64,000 nt of DNA, taken from Mizuhopecten yessoensis. Its lineage: Eukaryota. Within the stretch, counting starts at the first letter, position 1. Every line of letters starts with the position of its first letter. The notes under the pieces are model-generated. The model did no database searches and was not told where the DNA came from. It saw only the letters and a list, made by a program, of their open reading frames with translations. A program made the position numbers and the translations under genes. Where the stretch lies: the NCBI RefSeq assembly GCF_002113885.1, contig NW_018408610.1, positions 502,648 through 566,647 of the forward strand, written 5' to 3'. This document shows positions 1 to 13,854 of the stretch, in pieces.

Positions 1-2127
1 GTGATGCCGGTGATACTGCCGCCGGTGAAATTGATGCCGTTGGAGTTGTTGTCGATGTAGTTGTTGTCGGTATTGTTGATGTCGGTATTGTTGTGGTTGT
101 TGAAGTTGTCGTCGGTGTAGTTGTTGTCGGTGTAGTTGTCGTTGTTATAGTTGTCGTCGGTTCAGTTGTCGTTGGTGTAGTGGTCGTCGATGTAGTTGTC
201 GACTGTTTAGTTATCGCCGGTTCAGTTTTCGCTGTTGTAGTGGTCGTCGATGTAGTTGTCGTCGGTGTAGTTGTCGTCGATGTAGTTGTCGACGGTTTAG
301 TTATCGCCGGTTCAGTTTTCACTGGTGTACTGGTCGTTGATGAAGTTGTCGTCGGTGTAGTGGTCGTCGGTGTAGTGGTCGTCGGTGTAGTGTTCGTCGG
401 TGTAGTTGTCGTCGGTGTAGTTTTCGTCGGTGTAGTTGTCGGTGGTGTAGTTGTCGGCGGTGTAGTGGTCGTCGGTGTAGTTGTCGGCGGTGAAGTTGTC
501 GTTGGTGTAGTGGTCGTTGGTGTAGTTGTCGTTGGTATAGTTGTCGTCGGTGTATTGGCCGTCGATGAAGTTGTCGGTGTAGTTTTCGTCGGTGTAGTTG
601 TCGTTGGGGTAGTTGTCGTCGGTGTATTGGCCGTCGATGAAGTTGTCGGTGTAGTTTTCGTCGGTGTAGTTGTCGGTGGTGTAGTTGTCGGCGGTGTAGT
701 GGTCGTCGGTGTAGTGGTCGGCGGTGTAGTTGTCGTCGGTGTAGTTGTCGACGGTTTAGTTATCGCCGGTTCAGTTTTCACTGGTGTACTGGTCGGTGAT
801 GAAGTTGTCGTCGGTGTAGTGGTCGTCGGTGTATTGGCCGTCGATGTAGTTGTCGGTGGAGTTGTCGTCGGTGTAGTTGTCGTCGGTGGAGTTGTCGTTG
901 GTGTAGTTGTCGTCGGTGTATTGGCCGTCGGTGTAGTTGTCGGTGGTGTTCTCGTCGGTGTAGTTGTCAGTCTAGTTGTCGTCGGGGTAGTTGTCGTCGG
1001 TTTAGTAATCGTCGATTCAGTTGTCGGTGAAGTTGTCGTCGGTGTTGTTGTTGTCGGTTTAGTTGTCGTCGGTGTAGTGGTCGTCGATGAAGTTGTCGTC
1101 GGTGTAGTTGTCGTCGATGCAGTTGTCGACGGTTTAGTTATCGCCGGTTCAGTTTTCACTGGTGTACTGGTCGGTGATGAAGTTGTCGTCGGTGTAGTGG
1201 TCGTCGGTGTAGTTGTCGGCGGTGTAGTTGTCGTCGGTGTAGTTGTCGACGGTTTAGTTATCGCCGGTTCAGTTTTCACTGGTGTACTGGTCGGTGATGA
1301 AGTTGTCGTCGGTGTAGTGGTCGTCGGTGTAGTTGTCGGTGGTGTAGTTGTCGGCGGTGTAGTGGTCGTCGGTGTAGTGGTCGGCGGTGTAGTGGTCGGC
1401 GGTGTAGTTGTCGTCGGTGTAGTTGTCGACGGTTTAGTTATCGCCGGTTCAGTTTTCACTGGTGTACTGGTCGTTGATGAAGTTGTCGTCGGTGTAGTGG
1501 TCGTCGGTGTATTTGTCGTCGGTGTAGTGGTCGTCGGTGTATTTGTCGTCGGTGTAGTGGTCGTCGGTGTATTGGCCGTCGATGTAGTTGCCGGTGTAGT
1601 TTTCTTCGGTGTAGTTGTCGTTGGTGTAGTTGTCGGCGGTGTAGTGGTCGTCGGTGTAGTGGTCGTCGGTGTAGTGGTCGTCGGTGTATTGGCCGTCGAT
1701 GTAGTTGTCGGTGTAGTTGTCGTCGGTGTAGTTGTCAGTCTAGTTGTCGTCGGTGTAGTTGTCGTCGGTTTAGTAATCGTCGATTCAGTTGTCGGTGAAG
1801 TTGTCGTCGGTGTTGTTGTTGTCGGTTCAGTTGTCGTCGGTGTAGTGGTCGTCGATGTAGTTGTCGTCGGTGTAGTTGTCGTCGGTTCAGTTGTCGTTGG
1901 TGTAGTGGTCATCGACGTAATTGTCGTCGGTGTAGTTGTCGTTGGTAATGTTTGTGTCGTTAAATTTGTCGTCGGTGATGTTGTGTTCGTTAAGGTAGTC
2001 GTCAGTGTAGTTGACATTGTTGGTGGTGTAGACGTGGTCGTTGAACTTGCTGGTTGTGTAGTTGTTGTCGTTGAAGCTATCCTCGTTTCACTTCCTGTTG
2101 TCCAATCACTGCAATTGCAGTAACCTT
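1..2127 (-). CDS. Large PTS (Thr/Pro-rich) mucin exon; runs off the window's left edge
   Basis: The reverse complement reads (E)GYCNCSDWTTGSETRIASTTTTTQPASSTTTSTPPT..., then TTTTP repeats with a recurring STPVKTEPAITKPS cassette. Acceptor tattttcag| ends at 2128 (phase 1). The plus-strand 676-aa Val-rich ORF is its antisense shadow. Confidence 0.85.
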
Positions 2128-4631
2128 CTGAAAATAGATGTATGGAGCATGTACAGAATTGTCTAATCCAGGTTTTATTTTACTTTTATCATTTTACTAA
2201 ATCAATGACTTAAATAGTTGGAAAATGAACAGCACTTTATCGTAATAATTAATTATTTCCAACAAAAGTGTATCAATCAATGCCATGGACATATATAGTG
2301 TACAATTCTGTTATATACACATGTGGCCTAATATAATAAGTATTACTAATTGTGTAAGCAGTAGGTATCCTTAAAACAAGTGTGCTACGTTTTACTTATA
2401 AATGAAAATATTGTACAAAAAATAATATATGTGTTGATTGGCACGAGAACAATGCGGTAAAGTTTATGACATCAAAATATCATTCAATTATTTCAATTCA
2501 TTTGAAAATGAGAACCGAATAATTCATAATTTTGTAATGTCTTTGACCTTGGAAGTTTCCTCCAAAAAGTGCATAGTCCATTGTTTTAAAAGAAAATGTT
2601 AAGAATTTTAGACTGTGACATAGGACAGACCTCACGATGACCTCAAACATGTGACAGTTAACTAAATATGGGTAGCAAAGAGTATACATAAACATGATAA
2701 ATTTCTCAAATACATTTCAGAACAATAATTTAAAAAAAAAAAAATGCCAAAAAAAAAAGGAAATGTGAACTCTAGAAGAATTTATGCTGTACATATCACT
2801 CTGAAATTCGTCCGTTATTAAGCAGGTTATCTTATTTTCAAGTTTAAGACATTTCTATTAGAAATGAACCGATTAAGAAATACATAACACGTCATTGTAT
2901 TTAAATATAATTATTGGTTAAAACTGCACTGTTTATCCTCAGGACCTTTTTGTTATATGCCTATAAATGCTACAAACTAAATGAGTACTATATTGCCCAT
3001 AGAGTAGGGGTTTCCAGCAGACATCTTCTGCTTCCTTTTAATACACGATGCAATAAACATCCTCAATTATATATATCATTTTCTATGACGTTACTTGTTT
3101 AAACGCTAATGTCCACATGGTGCTACAACCTTCCTCAGCGAATCTGTTTTAATAATTTATCCATTAATTCAGAGCTTTTTTTGTGTTTATTTTTACAAAT
3201 ATCATCATTCCCAAACATTTGAACAGGCATCATACATGTCGCCCTGTAACGAAATAAACATACTTACTAGACAGGTTTTATTTTTGTACCCAACATTCTC
3301 CCTCGCGCCCTCCAATTTTCACATTATATCGTAACCTATACATATATACATACTACAATCTTTCCTATCGATGTTATTTGTTATCTAAACATTTTGCCAC
3401 AGAACTAAAAAACAAATCAATATACAAATAGATCATCAATTAAGTAGCAGTATGTTAGAAAGTCTGGAGAGGTGGAATGTCTTTCAGCAATCGTGTTATC
3501 AACGTATAATGGGGAGGCTGTGGTGAGTGAAATAACCATACACCGACGGAAAACACACAGAGCATTCCGAAGTTGAGTGGTAAATCAATGTTTAGATTCT
3601 GAGCTCATTCGTTGAGAGCAGAATGTTGATTTAATATCTATACGCCAAGATGTACATTTGTATAAGTTGCTAGTAACATAGAACTGTTTACTTAAATCAC
3701 TTATTTTAGCATTATAAATTGTTCTGTGGAAAGATATATTGTATAAATATTCTAACCATGTTTTGCGAAAACATTCTTATTTTAACAGATAAAAAAACAA
3801 AATGCTAAGGTATCATTTTAACGTAAGTCGGTGCCTTTTTTACATCAATATTTTGATGCAACGGTACCATTTATAATCTTATTTTCGCATTATGATTCAT
3901 TAACTGTACTTCTAAAATCAAAACAATACTTACAGATCAATCGATATAACATTGTTCCATCTATTCCGAGATTCTTAATGCATGCTTCATACTTACAGAC
4001 TTTTTTACATTTAGTATTACAAAAGCTTTTTTTAAAATAAGTAAGCCAATAAGCAATGCAAACAAGTAACGATTGACAGCACCAAATGCCACTTTGACAG
4101 TTTAGGATCGATCAGTAATCGTTCCAAATCATAACATTTTGAGCCAAACAGGGTAAAGCTACGTTTTAACACTTCAAAATGTAAAAAATACATAATAATT
4201 CTATGAAGTAATAAACTACGCCATAAGGTAATTTCAAAATCAACCTCTTAATCTCATAGATTTTAGATAAAATCAATCGAAACTAAAGGAGATTATTGGC
4301 GAGTGCTTAATCAATTACATTATGAGAAAAAGCGAAAAAAAATATACAAAAGAGATAATTGTCACATTATGAAACAATGTGCTATGAAAACTGATTAAAT
4401 TGTATTAGGATTACACTTACTACGTTTTATTAAAATATTGATGAAGTATTTTGATATGAATAATTGAGGTGGAAGGAAAAACTAATATTTCTCTGAGCTG
4501 ACAACAGTTAATAAATTAGAATATCAAAATGCCAACGGGTATATATCAAGTTATAGGCTATACAAGTACCCAACAAAGGATACATACATAAGGCAGTTTG
4601 ACAAAAAAAAACAAAGATTATATAAGCTTAC

Positions 4632-4711
4632 CCAGATCTTCAATCGTTGTGGCTTCCGTGACAATCAAGACTACCAGGCCTACAACTTGAAACAAAATTG
4701 ATTGATCTCAT
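4632..4711 (-). CDS. Candidate first (signal-peptide) exon of the left mucin, with an apparent 4-bp frameshift
   Basis: ATG at 4711. Removing one ATCA from ATCAATCA gives MRSILFQVVGLVVLIVTEATTIEDL, then a phase-1 donor G|GTAAGC that matches the phase-1 acceptor at 2127. A TATA-like CATAAAAG lies about 55 bp upstream. Confidence 0.45.
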
Positions 4712-7489
4712 CCGTATCATGACATCATATAATCCAATAGCTGGGATTGTGTAATGAAGGGCAAACTTTTATGCTGAAACAAAACTTTAACAATTTCAGA
4801 ATAGAATTGCAAGCTGAACACTTATAGCTGTTAAATGCATTGTCCATTGTTTACTGAAACAATAGCATTAGCCTAATACAGTAAAGGAAGGTATTACTTA
4901 TGTATTACAGGGGAGAGTGACAATCTCCAATGTTAACAATGTATTTCTCTTGTTTGTTAATATCGATTCTTTCCTTGAAAGTATTTTTATGGGAACACGC
5001 AATATATATTGAGTCCGAGCGCTAACTTTGTATCAGTTGTGTCACTGACTGGTAGAAGATTAGTAGCTATTTCTGTTAACACAATGATGCTTTATTGTGC
5101 AAACTACCATACCTTCCAATTTGTTAGCTCTGATATGGAGGGAATTGTGATATTGGTTTTACATTTGTCTTAGTGATCACGTGGTGTTGTCATTACGTAA
5201 GTGTAACGCAGATTTTCAAAATAAAATGAATTGATAAATATATAGTAAAATATATAAGAAATATTTATAAACTTTAATATAGATCATACGGTTAATTTCC
5301 ATGCTTCATATAAGGTTTATTGCATTGGTGGTTGCAAATGTCACACATGATTTACAGTTCGAAATCGAAAGAAGCAAGTTCTTATTGTAACGGGCATAGT
5401 TACAATAGTTTCCAATATATCCCCTGTAGTCACACATGATGCATCGAGAGGCTTTTGAAATGTCAAAATACATTTACATTATTTTTCTTAATAAAATCAG
5501 ACATATAGAGGGACCGATCATATGGAGTTGCGTTAATATTTGGTCGGTATATGTTTTTTAGAATATGTCCGGAAACTGTTTGGCGAGAGGAAAATAGCAA
5601 CAGGAAGAAAAAATGAAGAACATCAGTCATGTTTAGAAACGTACCAAGCAAATAGTTACCAAAGTTGTTTGAGGGACTTATTAAGTATTTAAAACATTAC
5701 TTACACATAAAATACAGCATTGCACGAAGTTGACCTAAAAAGATAATAACAAAACTTAATTAGATTAAATCTACAATAAATATGGAGTATAATTATTCAA
5801 CAACTTAATCATGACTCGCTAGCTATGGTTAAAACAACAATACTTAAGGCTGTAAAAGATGGTACCTGGTAATTAACAGTTAGCTGGTAACAGGTAAGAC
5901 GGTTTTGTTTACAATTTATTTGCAAGTAAAGTACTTATATATGTATGACCGTATATCTACACACGTGTCGATTGAGGTCGTTTCAAAACAGTTTGTGTTC
6001 GTAATGTTTCCATTACTGCTGGATAATTAGATAACCATGTGTATATATTGACCCGCCATTCCTTAAATATATATATGTATACAAACCTAGATACCTATAT
6101 CGAACAACTGTGCGATAGTTATCGCACAATTTTGCATATGCTATTAACGCACAGGTTTTCATCGTTTGCACATGGTGCACACACCGCACATCGTGTAACG
6201 TTGTGTGATCCCACAACTCTAGCTAGACATTCAGCATATCACCTCTTGGATACACATGTTCTTTTCTATATCCTACCCCAGAGAGGTGTGCGATATCCTT
6301 GCCTCACCCTAGTGTTTAGACGCAGTTATTCCCCAGTCATAACAATTGCATGACATGTCGTCATCAATACAATTATCTCACGTCATGATTGCATTAACGT
6401 CACTTCGAAAATACACTAAAGCAGTTGGGACAATGCTCCTTTTATGTATGAAATGATCGACAGTGTTAATAGAAATAACATTCACCCCTCGAGGTTTTAT
6501 TGGGTATCTCAATCCTCGGCAGAAGATTCCTAAGCGAGTTTCATGATTTATAACTTAAGTTTCTCTTGTAGATGTTTGCCTTAACTCTCCCTGAAGTGGA
6601 TAAAAGTTTCGACAAAACACTAGTATTCGTTAGAAATGAGACGAATACCGTCCATTAAGAAATGTTTTGTAAGACATTGAGTTCGAAAAGTTTTAATGTA
6701 TAGGTGAAACTCTTATCCCTAAAGAGCATTATCGATTTATATCTTTTATATCGGTTGCCCTTTGCTTATAGTTTCCTCTGTTCCTTTTTGTGCTATGTTT
6801 CATTGCCTTTTATCTTTAAATAAAACATTTAATCTTACGAACTGTCACCTTGAGTACAGATGTAGCGAAATTGAACTCGTCATGATAAAGATAAAAATAA
6901 GTTACTTTTCATTGCGAAGTCCTCCCGGTCAGTTCTGTTAATGGTGTAATATTCCTCGGAAATCGACTAAAAACACAAATACCTGTGAAATTTACCACTC
7001 TGTACGACAGTCTTGTTCAGATAAACGTATCGTCAAGATTTTATGAATCATATCTGTACTTGTTCGTTCATCGTTATCGGAGAGTAAAGCTTCCTCGAGG
7101 TACAAAACAGGGGAAATATACCGTGATATTAGTATGTTTGTGCAAATGCAACAAAATGGGGAATTATTCTCAAGCTTTTATAAAATGTATACCAAGATAT
7201 GAACAAAAAATTGAAAAAAGGTTATACTGATTATTGAACTAACTGTCTAAAATGTCGCTCTTACGGTAATGTAACATTGACAGTATACTACAATGCATTG
7301 TTGTATATATTATTTTCATATACATATAACGCCAATCATTAACAGTAAAACAAAATATATGCATGGTCCTATTTTTTGAATCAGCTAATTTTTCAATTGC
7401 ACCTACAAATTAATTGTATTAATGAGTTAAAACAAGTTAGTAACCAAAAGCCTTAGATAATGTGAAGTAGTTGGCTAATTACCCGCATT

Positions 7490-7955
7490 TATCAATTTGT
7501 CTGCAATCCTGTGAGAATTATAGGAGAATAACTTTCCAAAGAAGGCAGTTTAATACTTATATTTCCGTTTTTTATTTAGGTTTTTCTTATATTTCCAACC
7601 TGTTATCGCATTTCAAAGTCAAATTTCGCGCTGTCTGCCAATGGGAGCTGTTCTTGTGACGTCACGAGTACACGCGACCGTTCCCGGCAAAACATATACT
7701 TCGTGGAAATAAACACAAAATGATCAATTTAATTCCAAAAAATTAACCAATATATTCCACCGTGAGGATATTCACATTATATACAATATAACTACATACA
7801 TTGTTGCGAGTTACATTGATCAATTGGGGGTTTAATCCAGAAGCACGGATTGGTTACCCCGAGGAATACGTATTGCGACAATTGTTTTCGTGACGTCAAT
7901 AATACACTTAATATAGTGACGTCGGTCAAATCGACGTCATTTAGTCACGTCAAGA
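7490..7955. repeat. Dispersed repeat rich in TGACGTC(A) motifs; related copy at ~35560-35950
   Basis: gagaattataggagaataactttccaaagaaggcagtttaatactta matches 35897-35946 directly and 35798-35850 inverted. 7890-7950 is the reverse complement of 35685-35755. Confidence 0.65.
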
Positions 7956-9289
7956 AATTGTTCTTCATATCACTACACCAATGGGAATAATGTCAGAACA
8001 ATGATCTGATATCATTCTATTTTGTTTGGTAATGTTATACAGTGGTAATGCAGAGCAAATGGAAATATGAACATATCGTCTGTTTTGTAAGTATATTAAG
8101 TCTTGCACATTTTTTGAAGTAAAGTAAATATTTCTTGCATATTCTGTATATTGCTAATGGAAACTTGTAGATTTAAATCATACATTTTTCCATACAAGAA
8201 AGCATTTTATAAAACCATGTTTCCGTAATAAGAATGTTCTAGAAGATATCAATGTATATTTCTCTGATATGGAAACTGTGCATGATTACAATCCGATAAT
8301 TATTTACATGAGTTGACAACTGTATCTTAGATCGTTTATTCTAATATTTGATAGGACCCGTTTTGATAGGAGTTCTTGGTTGTGCAGGAAATATTTAGTC
8401 CTCAGAGCGCATGACTTTGGAATAAAAGATGTATCAAATTCTGCGTTTCAATTGTCAATGAAAATGAAGGTTGTTCTCTGGGAAAACAGTAATACCTGGT
8501 GGGTAATTAATGAATGATTTACGGTGTAGACAGATACCTGTGTACATCATCACACTCGCATGAAATCATCAGTTAAAAAAATATTATATCTGAATTATAT
8601 CATGCAGAGTCAATATAGTTGCATGGTTCCTTCCTCGTTTCGTTGCCAATATGTCGTAGGTATACATTAATTGGATCGCTATTGTCATTTCAAGTTGGCT
8701 CTCAGACTTGATTGTGTTCTTGTTTTTGACACTGTGGTATTTTTGTCGTATATATGTATAACCTCTACAATATCGATATTAATGTACATGGTTATGCGTT
8801 AATTCTGTAGCTAATGATAAATTTGCAATATCAATGTTTCTGATGCGAGAAATATCGTTGGCAGTTTTGATTGGATTCTTTCCCCGCTAAGAACCTCTTT
8901 GAAGTGTTGTATAACTACTTAATCAAAAGATAAGGTATCAACATACCTGCCCAGGTAAGGGCGTAGCTAACTTAAATATGATATGATACTCAGACAAGCT
9001 CATTGCGGAAGTCATTCATCCTTAGCACGGTGGGTACATGAAGTGCTTGTATATCGAAAACAACAGGTATTATATAGGAAAATTACATTTTCGATTCAGA
9101 TAAACATCAATATGTCTAATACACAGGTTCTTGATATACCAGATAGTGGGTTATCTACGCGGGTTTAAATTTTCGCGATTTTGACCCAAAATAAGAAAAT
9201 CAAATTTATACAAATAAATATTCCACGAACTAGACTTATGAATAAACTAATTTTCTCGGAAAGACGGGACAGTTGGCAAATGTCAAGCT

Positions 9290-9487
9290 GTCAAGTTGTC
9301 GTATGAGTAGGCTTTATAACGGGACAGTTGTCATATGAGTAGGCTTTATAACGGGACAGTTGTCATACGAATAGGCTTTATAACGGGACAGTTGTCATAT
9401 GAGTAGTCTTTATAACGGGACAGTTGTCATATGAGTAGGCTTTATAACGGGACAGTTGTCATATGAGTAGGCTTTATAACGGGACAT
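9290..9487 (+). repeat. 32-bp minisatellite, about 6 copies
   Basis: Unit gggacagttgtcatatgagtaggctttataac repeated at 32-bp spacing. Confidence 0.95.
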
Positions 9488-9528
9488 TGAGCAAAAATAA
9501 GTAAGTGAACTAATCATCAACAAAACTA

Positions 9529-11032
9529 CACTAGCGGAAAAAAGAAACTGTGCATGTGGAGAATTGTTATAGAACATGCATTACCAACTGTATATACATG
9601 AAAATTCACATACATGACCGAGTATGACACATACACACAATCCGTGTGTCATTGACAGTTTTTCCCGTGCAGTTTGCTCTCTATAGGCGTTGACCAGTTT
9701 GCACGTTTTTCTCGTCCAGCCATCCAATTCGAAAATGAAAGTTTGTTTTTCAACTGTTGGGTCACTCTGTTGAGACCAATGACCAGTAAAAACAGCATTA
9801 TAACGTTTTAATTTATGATTAATGCTATGCCGAAGCTCAATGAAAATGACCGCCTCTGGATTATTGGTATGCTTCAAGCTGGTATGGGCCAAGCCGTTGT
9901 CTCTACACGTTTCCATGTCCATCGAAACACAACCGGGATTTGTGGAGACGACATCAACAGTTTGGCCACGTCGGCGATCGACCTCGTGCGGGACGTCCAC
10001 GTGTGACGTCAACAGGACAACCATATTCGGCTTGTCCATTTGAAAAACCGCTTCCAAACGGCTAGTTTGACTGCACGGACAATCCCTGGGTTGCTACCAA
10101 TAAGCCCGATAACTGTACGGAACCGATTGCGTGAACGAGCTATCCGTCCGCGACATCCTACAATCCGCCTAGTTCTTCTGCCGCGTCATCGTGTAGCACG
10201 TCTGGACTGGTGCAGCAGGCATCTGCGATTTACCCGACGGGATTGGGCCGGCATTTTGTTTACGGACGAGTCGCGAGTCCACCTGGATAGAAGTGACGGC
10301 CGTTCCAGAGTGTATCGTCGCGTTGGAGAACGTTTCCGTGACGCGTGTGTGGTACAACGACGTTCCTTCGGCGGAGGCAGTGTTATGATTTGGGGCGGCA
10401 TCACAGCCAACGGGAGAACGCCTCTGGTGGTTGTTAACGGGAATTTGAACGCGCTACGTTACCGTGACGAGATCCTCCGGACCCACGTCGTTCCATTCGT
10501 GCAAGGGCAGCAACGTCACATTACGCTACAGCAGGACAACGCCAGGCCACACACAGCTCGTGTCGCTATGGAATTTCTGGCCCAGCAGAACGTTGACGTG
10601 TTGCCCTGGCCTGATGTATCCCCCGATCTGTTTCCCATTGAACACGTCTGGGATGAAATGAAGCGCAGATTATGGGCACTACCTAATCAACCGGTGACGT
10701 TGGCTGATTTGACTGCAGCGTTGGTATAGATCTGGAATGCCATCCGACAAGCATTCTTGAACCGTCTAATAGGCTCCATGCGTCGACGTTGCCAGGCTTG
10801 CATTTAGGCAAACGGTGGACATACGAGGTATTAACTTTGTAAACTCAGTATTGACCCCTGCTGTGTTTACGTCACTCCTGAGCGGAACTTATTGATTCCA
10901 TAACGTGGAAATGGAATGCAACTGTTAATAAATAACGAATAAATTGTCCCTAAAAACCTTGTTGTTCTACGTCATACACATTTATTTTTATAACACATTT
11001 TAGGCATGCACAGTTTCTTGTTTCCGCTAGTA
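9529..11032 (+). mobile_element. Tc1/mariner DNA transposon (DD34E), full length but decayed
   Basis: ~28-bp TIRs cactagcggaaaaaagaaactgtgcatg / catgcacagtttcttgtttccgctagta, with TA on both flanks (9527-28, 11033-34). Confidence 0.95.
9827..10834 (+). pseudogene. Tc1 transposase with a frameshift and in-frame stops
   Basis: N-terminus MPKLNENDRL..., then FTDESR, QQDNARPH and SPDLFPIEHVW (34 residues between the second D and the E), ending GGHTRY*. Frameshift near 9935; TAG stops at ~10727 and ~10805. Confidence 0.92.
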
Positions 11033-12103
11033 TATAAGCATGTGTGATAAAATACATTTTCAAATATCATTACTCTTTATGTATACGAATCTTCTCGTTA
11101 TTGACCCGCAAAATCATGAAAATATCGTCCCGGCGGAATTACCCTGTTATACGGTATGTCTTAAGTTTAACTGGTAAAGGACATGTTGTAATGTTTGTTT
11201 ATGTCACATAACTACGTAAATATCTACTCGACTTTTTAAATATGAGATTGCTCTATCTATCATGATATCAGACTCTTTCATTGTTTTTTTATCCTTAGTG
11301 ACGTAATAGTTTTAATTCGGTCGTTTTAAATAATAAGAAGAAATACGAAGTTAGAAACAATCCTTAGAACGTCGATGCAGAAAGTCAACAGTTAATGTTT
11401 TACTGCACAATATGGTCATTTCATCAATTCAGGAATCAGGGATACTAAACATCAAGGTTATAAAACCCACGTGTTCCGAGATACGTGTTAAAAATACACA
11501 GTAATCTAGTATCACGTGTGTATATTGAGATAGCGCTTGATTATCTTTATACTTTAATCTCATCATGCCTTTAAACAATTGGTGTTGCCATAAGAAATAT
11601 AAAACAACTAATTAATAACTTACATCCGATGACAGGCACTTGGTTCTATCATATTGCTATCCTCCCACCATTCCTAAGATCCTTTTAACTTTGATTTTAG
11701 TCTTTCCTGTTTTGCCCACATCATATTACTAGACATATGTAAGTATCACATTATACCTTCCCTACACCATATTACTAAAAAGGTATGATAATTACCATAT
11801 GCTTCGATTTACTTCTTATCTTTTTCTATCATCATATTACTAAAAATATAAAATAATCACATCCATAATTATACTTCGTATTTTTATCTTTAATATTACT
11901 AGGAATGTTAAATATCGGTGTTCACTTTTACGGTTTTAAAACCATAAATATTATCATGCTGTTTAACTCCAGATAGCTTCCATCCACACTACACAACTAT
12001 ATACATGTCTTTTTACGTAGGTAACACGCATATTCTGTACCTTTCTACCTTGACATTATCGACCTAATCAAGTAACAGATAACGCGGGTCATGACCATAA
12101 ACT

Positions 12104-12466
12104 GAGGCACGGTAGTCTAGTGGTAGGACGCCGGGCTCGTGACCGAAGGATTGCGAGTTAGAGTCACGGCACGGCACTGTGCTGTTTGTTTGAGCAAGAT
12201 ACTTAGCTCCTCTTGTTCCAGTCTGCTCAGCTGTAAATGAGTACGTAGTTGGGCAGTATTAGAATTGTAGAATGCTTGCTGTGAGCGCCGAAATGACAGC
12301 ACCGGATTTATGCTCCCCAGGGAGTTGAGAAAGATATTGGCTAGTTGCAAACGCCATATAACAACGTAATAATTTGTGAACCACTTTGAGACGACCTACA
12401 AACTAAGTTGTGATAAAGCGGTATATAAGAACCTCGAACTATTATTATTATTATTATTATTATTAT
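12104..12466 (+). mobile_element. tRNA-derived CORE-type SINE with (TTA)n tail
   Basis: tRNA-like head (ggtagtctagtggtagga...gagttagagtc), CORE-like segment ttgagcaagatacttagctcctcttgttccagtctgctcagctgtaaatgag, and a 3' (tta)n tail. Confidence 0.8.
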
Positions 12467-12599
12467 CACAGTCAACAGTAGTTGAGCTACACATTGTACA
12501 AATACGTGTCATATATTGAATACAGATGGGTCAGTGATAGATTTAGTTTTAATATGTTATGTTTTCAGTAGGGTTATATTAAGGTTTGGTGATATTTAG

Positions 12600-13020
12600 G
12601 TGTGGTTGTAGTTATAATTAATGTTGAGGGTGGATTAGTAATAATTAAGTTAAATAAGTACTAATTTATTTCCAAGAAAAAACCTGTTTTTACAATCACA
12701 CTGATTTAAGATCCATTCAATGTTTTAACGCTGGTCTATCATCTAGGAATTTTTTTTAGATAAAAGTCACAATCAAGCAAATGTTTATCATCAAGGATAA
12801 TCGTAGACATTACTCGACAGTAAATAGGTAATGCGTCGACCAATTTTTTGTTCAAGCCCGTATTATTTTCAAATACATTTAAGTCATTCCAGATAATGAA
12901 CTCTTATTTTTTTCATATTCCATTTTAACTATGTCTTTAATTTCGCTGTAAGGGATGGAACTAACAACATGTGTATCCAAATCATCTCGGTAATTGAAAT
13001 ATATCGTCACAAAATTTCTT
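12600..13020 (+). repeat. Left copy of a diverged direct repeat (right copy 45373-46015)
   Basis: Shared collinear blocks: gttgtagt..taatgttg..ggattagt; ctaatttattt/ctagtttattt; caatcaca; taagatccatt; gtaatgcg; gataatgaactcttat..tttcatattcca; taattgaaatatatcgtcaca. Confidence 0.8.
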
Positions 13021-13250
13021 GTATATAATTGATGTAATTTGAGTTTCAATTATAATGATTTAAATTATATAATCATTAGCAGTACCAAGAAAAAACATTT
13101 AAAAGAAAAAGTAACGTGACAAAAAGCCAAAAAATATTTTAACTGGCTAAAACCTTTAATATCTTGAAAAAGCAAAATAACAATTAATAGTGAAATAAAA
13201 CTAACAAAAATAGAGTAAGTATTACAGGTTACAATGCTACTGAATAGATG

Positions 13251-13541
13251 CAAAACTGTTCATTTACTGAGAATACTATCGTGGTGCAAGCAGTCGATAT
13301 CTATCGAATTTTCTACCGTAGCAAACTATCAAGACGTTGACAGGAACAGTTGTGGTATCACCATGTTACAAGATAAGCAGTGTGCGCACGGAACGTGAAC
13401 GATGTGGGCACGATGTACGCATAAGGTGTATGTGCGAACGATGAAATACATGCGATTCAATGTTCCGCACATCTTTTCACACGAAGAACGAACGGTGTGC
13501 GATGGTAACCGTGCTTGATATCAATACAGGAATGGCCTTAA
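13251..13541 (+). repeat. Dispersed ~290-bp repeat (probably a non-autonomous DNA transposon part ending ...ggaatggccTTAA); near-identical copy at 52309-52599
   Basis: Base-level match: caaaactgttcat.tactgagaatactatcgtggtgcaagcagtcgata...atacaggaat.gccttaa. A weaker inverted relative lies at ~6055-6210. Confidence 0.85.
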
Positions 13542-13854
13542 AGAGAAGTCATATGTTCATGACTGATATCTAGTAACATATACCAGAAGTGTCGCCTCAA
13601 GTATGCTATTTCACCAAAACCTTAGTTTCTACACAAAAGTAGAAATTCACTTTCTTATTAAAACTGCTCTTCATCGGCGACGACAAACTAAATATTTACA
13701 TGCAATAGAATCTCCGATGTTGGGCTAAAGGGATTTATATTACTCTGAACAGTATCATGATATATGTTCTCCATAAGTACGAATATTGGCCATCCGGGGT
13801 TTCAAAAATCAAAAAAATGAATTCGGAAGTTATCTTAAGTTACCATTTATTTTG

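Larger units (their letters stand above)
9137..11157. mobile_element. Old TA-type MITE hosting the 32-bp minisatellite and the Tc1 insertion
   Basis: Diverged terminal inverted repeats: taccagatagtgggttatctacgcgggtttaaattttcgcgatttt versus the reverse complement of the right end, taccgtataacagggtaattccgccgggacgatattttcatgatttt. Confidence 0.45.

Noticed and set aside
93-2123. 676-aa Val/Gly-rich plus-strand ORF
   Set aside because: Antisense shadow of the Thr/Pro mucin exon. The splice acceptor and sensible composition are on the minus strand.
3090-3245. Possible extra mucin exons
   Set aside because: Acceptor-like sites exist, but no phase-consistent, stop-free chain could be built.
12104-12180. 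tRNA gene (also 34008, 45495)
   Set aside because: Degenerate tRNA-like heads continue into SINE bodies and tails; no complete cloverleaf.
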